The notes under the pieces: model-generated | Told to the model about the DNA's origin: nothing | Database searches by the model: none | The model's input: only the letters and a program-made list of their open reading frames with translations | Part shown: one piece after another, positions 61,679 through 63,698 of the stretch | Layout: the number at the start of each line of letters is the position of its first letter | Position numbering within the stretch: position 1 is the first letter of the stretch | Made by a program: the position numbers and the translations under genes | DNA from: Actinomycetota bacterium | Lineage (GTDB): Bacteria; Actinomycetota; CADDZG01; JAHWKV01 | Direction: 5' to 3' | Assembly (NCBI GenBank): GCA_046262935.1 | Contig: JBHELT010000018.1 | Location: forward strand, 1 to 63,698 | DNA length: 63,698 nt

Positions 61679-62440
61679 TTAGGCGCCCAAAGTAAGGTCT
61701 TTGGCGGCTTCGGGTTCGACACCCTCGATCGGATGGACCGGCTCTTGGCCCCGCTCGGTTCTCCAGATACTGAAGGCCGCTGTAGATGCTGTCAGCCAAG
61801 CAAGACCAAGAACTATCCCGCCAAGAACATCGCTGATGTAGTGGACGCCGAGCGCCAGCCGAGAAAAAGCGATCGCTGAAACCAGCAGCGGGTAAAGCGC
61901 GATCACCGGGGCGCGCCATCTTCTCTTGACTGTCGGAATGAAGATCAGTAGCAGCGCGCCGTACGCGATCGTGGAGGTCATGGCGTGACCGGAGGGAAAG
62001 CTCTTGTCGAGGTAAAAGACGCGTCCAACCCGCTCTATGGCGGGCCGCGGCCTATTGACGGCGGTCTTGACCAGACCATTCAACAATGATCCCAGCATGG
62101 TGCTCGACAACAGGAAAGCAACGAGCCTCTTGCGTCCTCGGATGAACAGGTTCAAGGCGACCCCACCGATCAGCACCCAGAACCATGGTGGCCATCCGAA
62201 GAAACTGATGAGCTCCAAAGTGCTGCGCAAGAGTTTGGAACGTCGAGCGAACCCTGGCAGGTTGCGTGCTGCCGCGGTGTCTAATCTTACAAGTGGACCT
62301 TTGCTCAAGACCTGGACCAGCAGATAGACGAAGGGGACCGCCACCAAAGCGATGGCGAAGAGGAACAGGGTGAGCCTCAAGCCGTATCTCTGAGTCGGGT
62401 GCAGGCGTCTTTTGAGAAAGGTTGGAATCAGTGTTTCCAT
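61679..62440 (-). CDS. PAP2-family phosphatase
   Basis: K..V.RPRP, SFPSGH, SRLALGVHY.SDV. Confidence 0.92.
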   Translation of the reverse strand: METLIPTFLKRRLHPTQRYGLRLTLFLFAIALVAVPFVYLLVQVLSKGPLVRLDTAAARNLPGFARRSKLLRSTLELISFFGWPPWFWVLIGGVALNLFIRGRKRLVAFLLSSTMLGSLLNGLVKTAVNRPRPAIERVGRVFYLDKSFPSGHAMTSTIAYGALLLIFIPTVKRRWRAPVIALYPLLVSAIAFSRLALGVHYISDVLGGIVLGLAWLTASTAAFSIWRTERGQEPVHPIEGVEPEAAKDLTLGA

Positions 62441-62500
62441 ACGATTGGTTTTGCCGCATTCGTGTACGCTAAAACCTAAGGGATCGATCAGTTCTGCGTT

Positions 62501-63309
62501 CTATGAGTCGTGTCTGGACAATGATGCCCTCAGTTCTCGAGCCAGGCCGACCGCTGCATCGGTGTCGTCGTCGAGCACACGGCGCATGATTGCACTTCCC
62601 ACGATCACTCCATCAGCCGATTTCGCCGCCTCGAATGCCTGCTCGCCGTCGGTGATCCCGATCCCAAGCAAGATGGGAACACTGGCATGCGGCCTTATGC
62701 GCTCGACTACATCAGATGCCGCCTCCGCAAGAGAGTCTTGGGTCCCTGTGACTCCTAGCCGTGACACGGCATAGACGAAGCCAGTCGAGGCTTTCGCCAG
62801 GGTGGCCGCCCTTCGCTCAGAAGTGGTTGGCGCAACCATCTGAACGTGCGCGATCTGTTTGTCATTCAGCGCCCGCGTGATCTCGCGAGCTTCTTCGATC
62901 GGCAGGTCGGGCGTGATCAAACCTGCGACCCCCGAATGCGATGCCGCCGTCACGAATCTGCAGCACCAAAGGCATGGACCGGATTGAAGTAAGTCATGAC
63001 CACGAAGGGGCAGGACGCATAACTTCTAACCTGTTTGACCAGGTTCAAAGTTGACGTCATGGTCATCCCGGCGTCCAACGCTTTCATGGATGCTTCCTGG
63101 ATCACCGGTCCGTCCATCATCGGATCAGAGAAGGGAACGCCCACCTCGATCGCGTCAACGATCCCCGACAGGTCGGCAGCCAGTTCGATGAACCTTTGCG
63201 GGGAAGGAAGACCTGCGGTCAGATATGCAACGAGGATCTTTCCACCGGAGGCGAGTTGTTTGTTCAGATGACTTTCCAGCGGAAGTATGGCCCGCCCCTT
63301 TTCACTCAC
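62501..63309 (-). pseudogene. trpA: Tryptophan synthase alpha, frameshifted near 62960 (pseudogene or sequencing error)
   Basis: YLTAG, EVGVPFSDP.DGPVIQ and MTYFNP in one frame; PDLP, APTT, SRLGVTG and DGVIVGSA in another; GTG 63309 overlaps the trpB stop. Confidence 0.9.
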
Positions 63310-63698
63310 GCTCCGATGCCCAGTGCTGAAGCAACGATCTCGACATCTTTGTCGCCTCTTCCTGAAAGACAAACAACAACATCGCGCCGATCACCAAGAT
63401 CGCGAGCGATGTCAATGGCCCTTGCTATCGCGTGAGAAGGCTCGAGCGCAGGCAATATGCCCTCGGTGCGGGCCAGCAGTTGGAAGGCGTCAAGCGCGTC
63501 TTGGTCGGAAGCACTCAGGTATGTAACCCTTCCCGAATCTTTAAGCCAGGAGTGTTCCGGCCCAACCCCCGGATAGTCGAGACCGGCTGATATCGAATGC
63601 GCAGGCGCTACCTGCCCGTCGTCATTCTGAAGCAGATACGAGCGCGACCCGTGAAGAACCCCCGGCTTTCCCGCTGTCAGCGTTGCGCTATGCCGCGC
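63306..63698 (-). CDS. trpB: Tryptophan synthase beta, C-terminal part (runs off the window)
   Basis: Minus-strand translation [16 protein letters not shown]...[12 protein letters not shown]...LSGRGDKD. Confidence 0.95.
   Translation of the reverse strand, partial: ARHSATLTAGKPGVLHGSRSYLLQNDDGQVAPAHSISAGLDYPGVGPEHSWLKDSGRVTYLSASDQDALDAFQLLARTEGILPALEPSHAIARAIDIARDLGDRRDVVVCLSGRGDKDVEIVASALGIGA

Noticed and set aside
61411-61722. 103-aa minus-strand ORF
   Set aside because: Overlaps the PAP2 gene end, no RBS or recognisable motif; at best a remnant
62950-62965. Programmed frameshift in trpA
   Set aside because: No slippery run or stimulatory structure seen

Overview
A high-GC chromosomal segment with actinobacterial gene order: trpB-trpA, tRNA-Leu, a PdtaR-like ANTAR regulator, liv operon, gltB, polA, rpsA, coaE, uvrB, uvrA, uvrC-rapZ-yvcK, gap-pgk-tpiA-secG, then an Opp/Dpp ABC operon with five binding proteins. 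The first ~4.2 kb, just 3' of tRNA-Leu(GAG), is accessory. It is an integron-type cassette array with at least 5 attC sites plus one attC/attI-like site, genes on the minus strand, and no integrase in the window. Two attC sites carry the same IS110-family element at the R'' box (one complete copy, one right end cut by the window edge). The IS 3' non-coding region folds into two internal-loop hairpins whose loops match the attC target and the IS circle junction, suggesting a bridge RNA programmed against attC. Other signals: a circularly permuted OppA-family protein; several genes apparently starting at CTG/ATC/GTT; an ANTAR-type hairpin overlapping a terminator before a gltD-less gltB; no whiA in its usual cluster; and two single-base frameshifts that may be assembly errors. 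All calls come from reading motifs by eye; no database searches were run.
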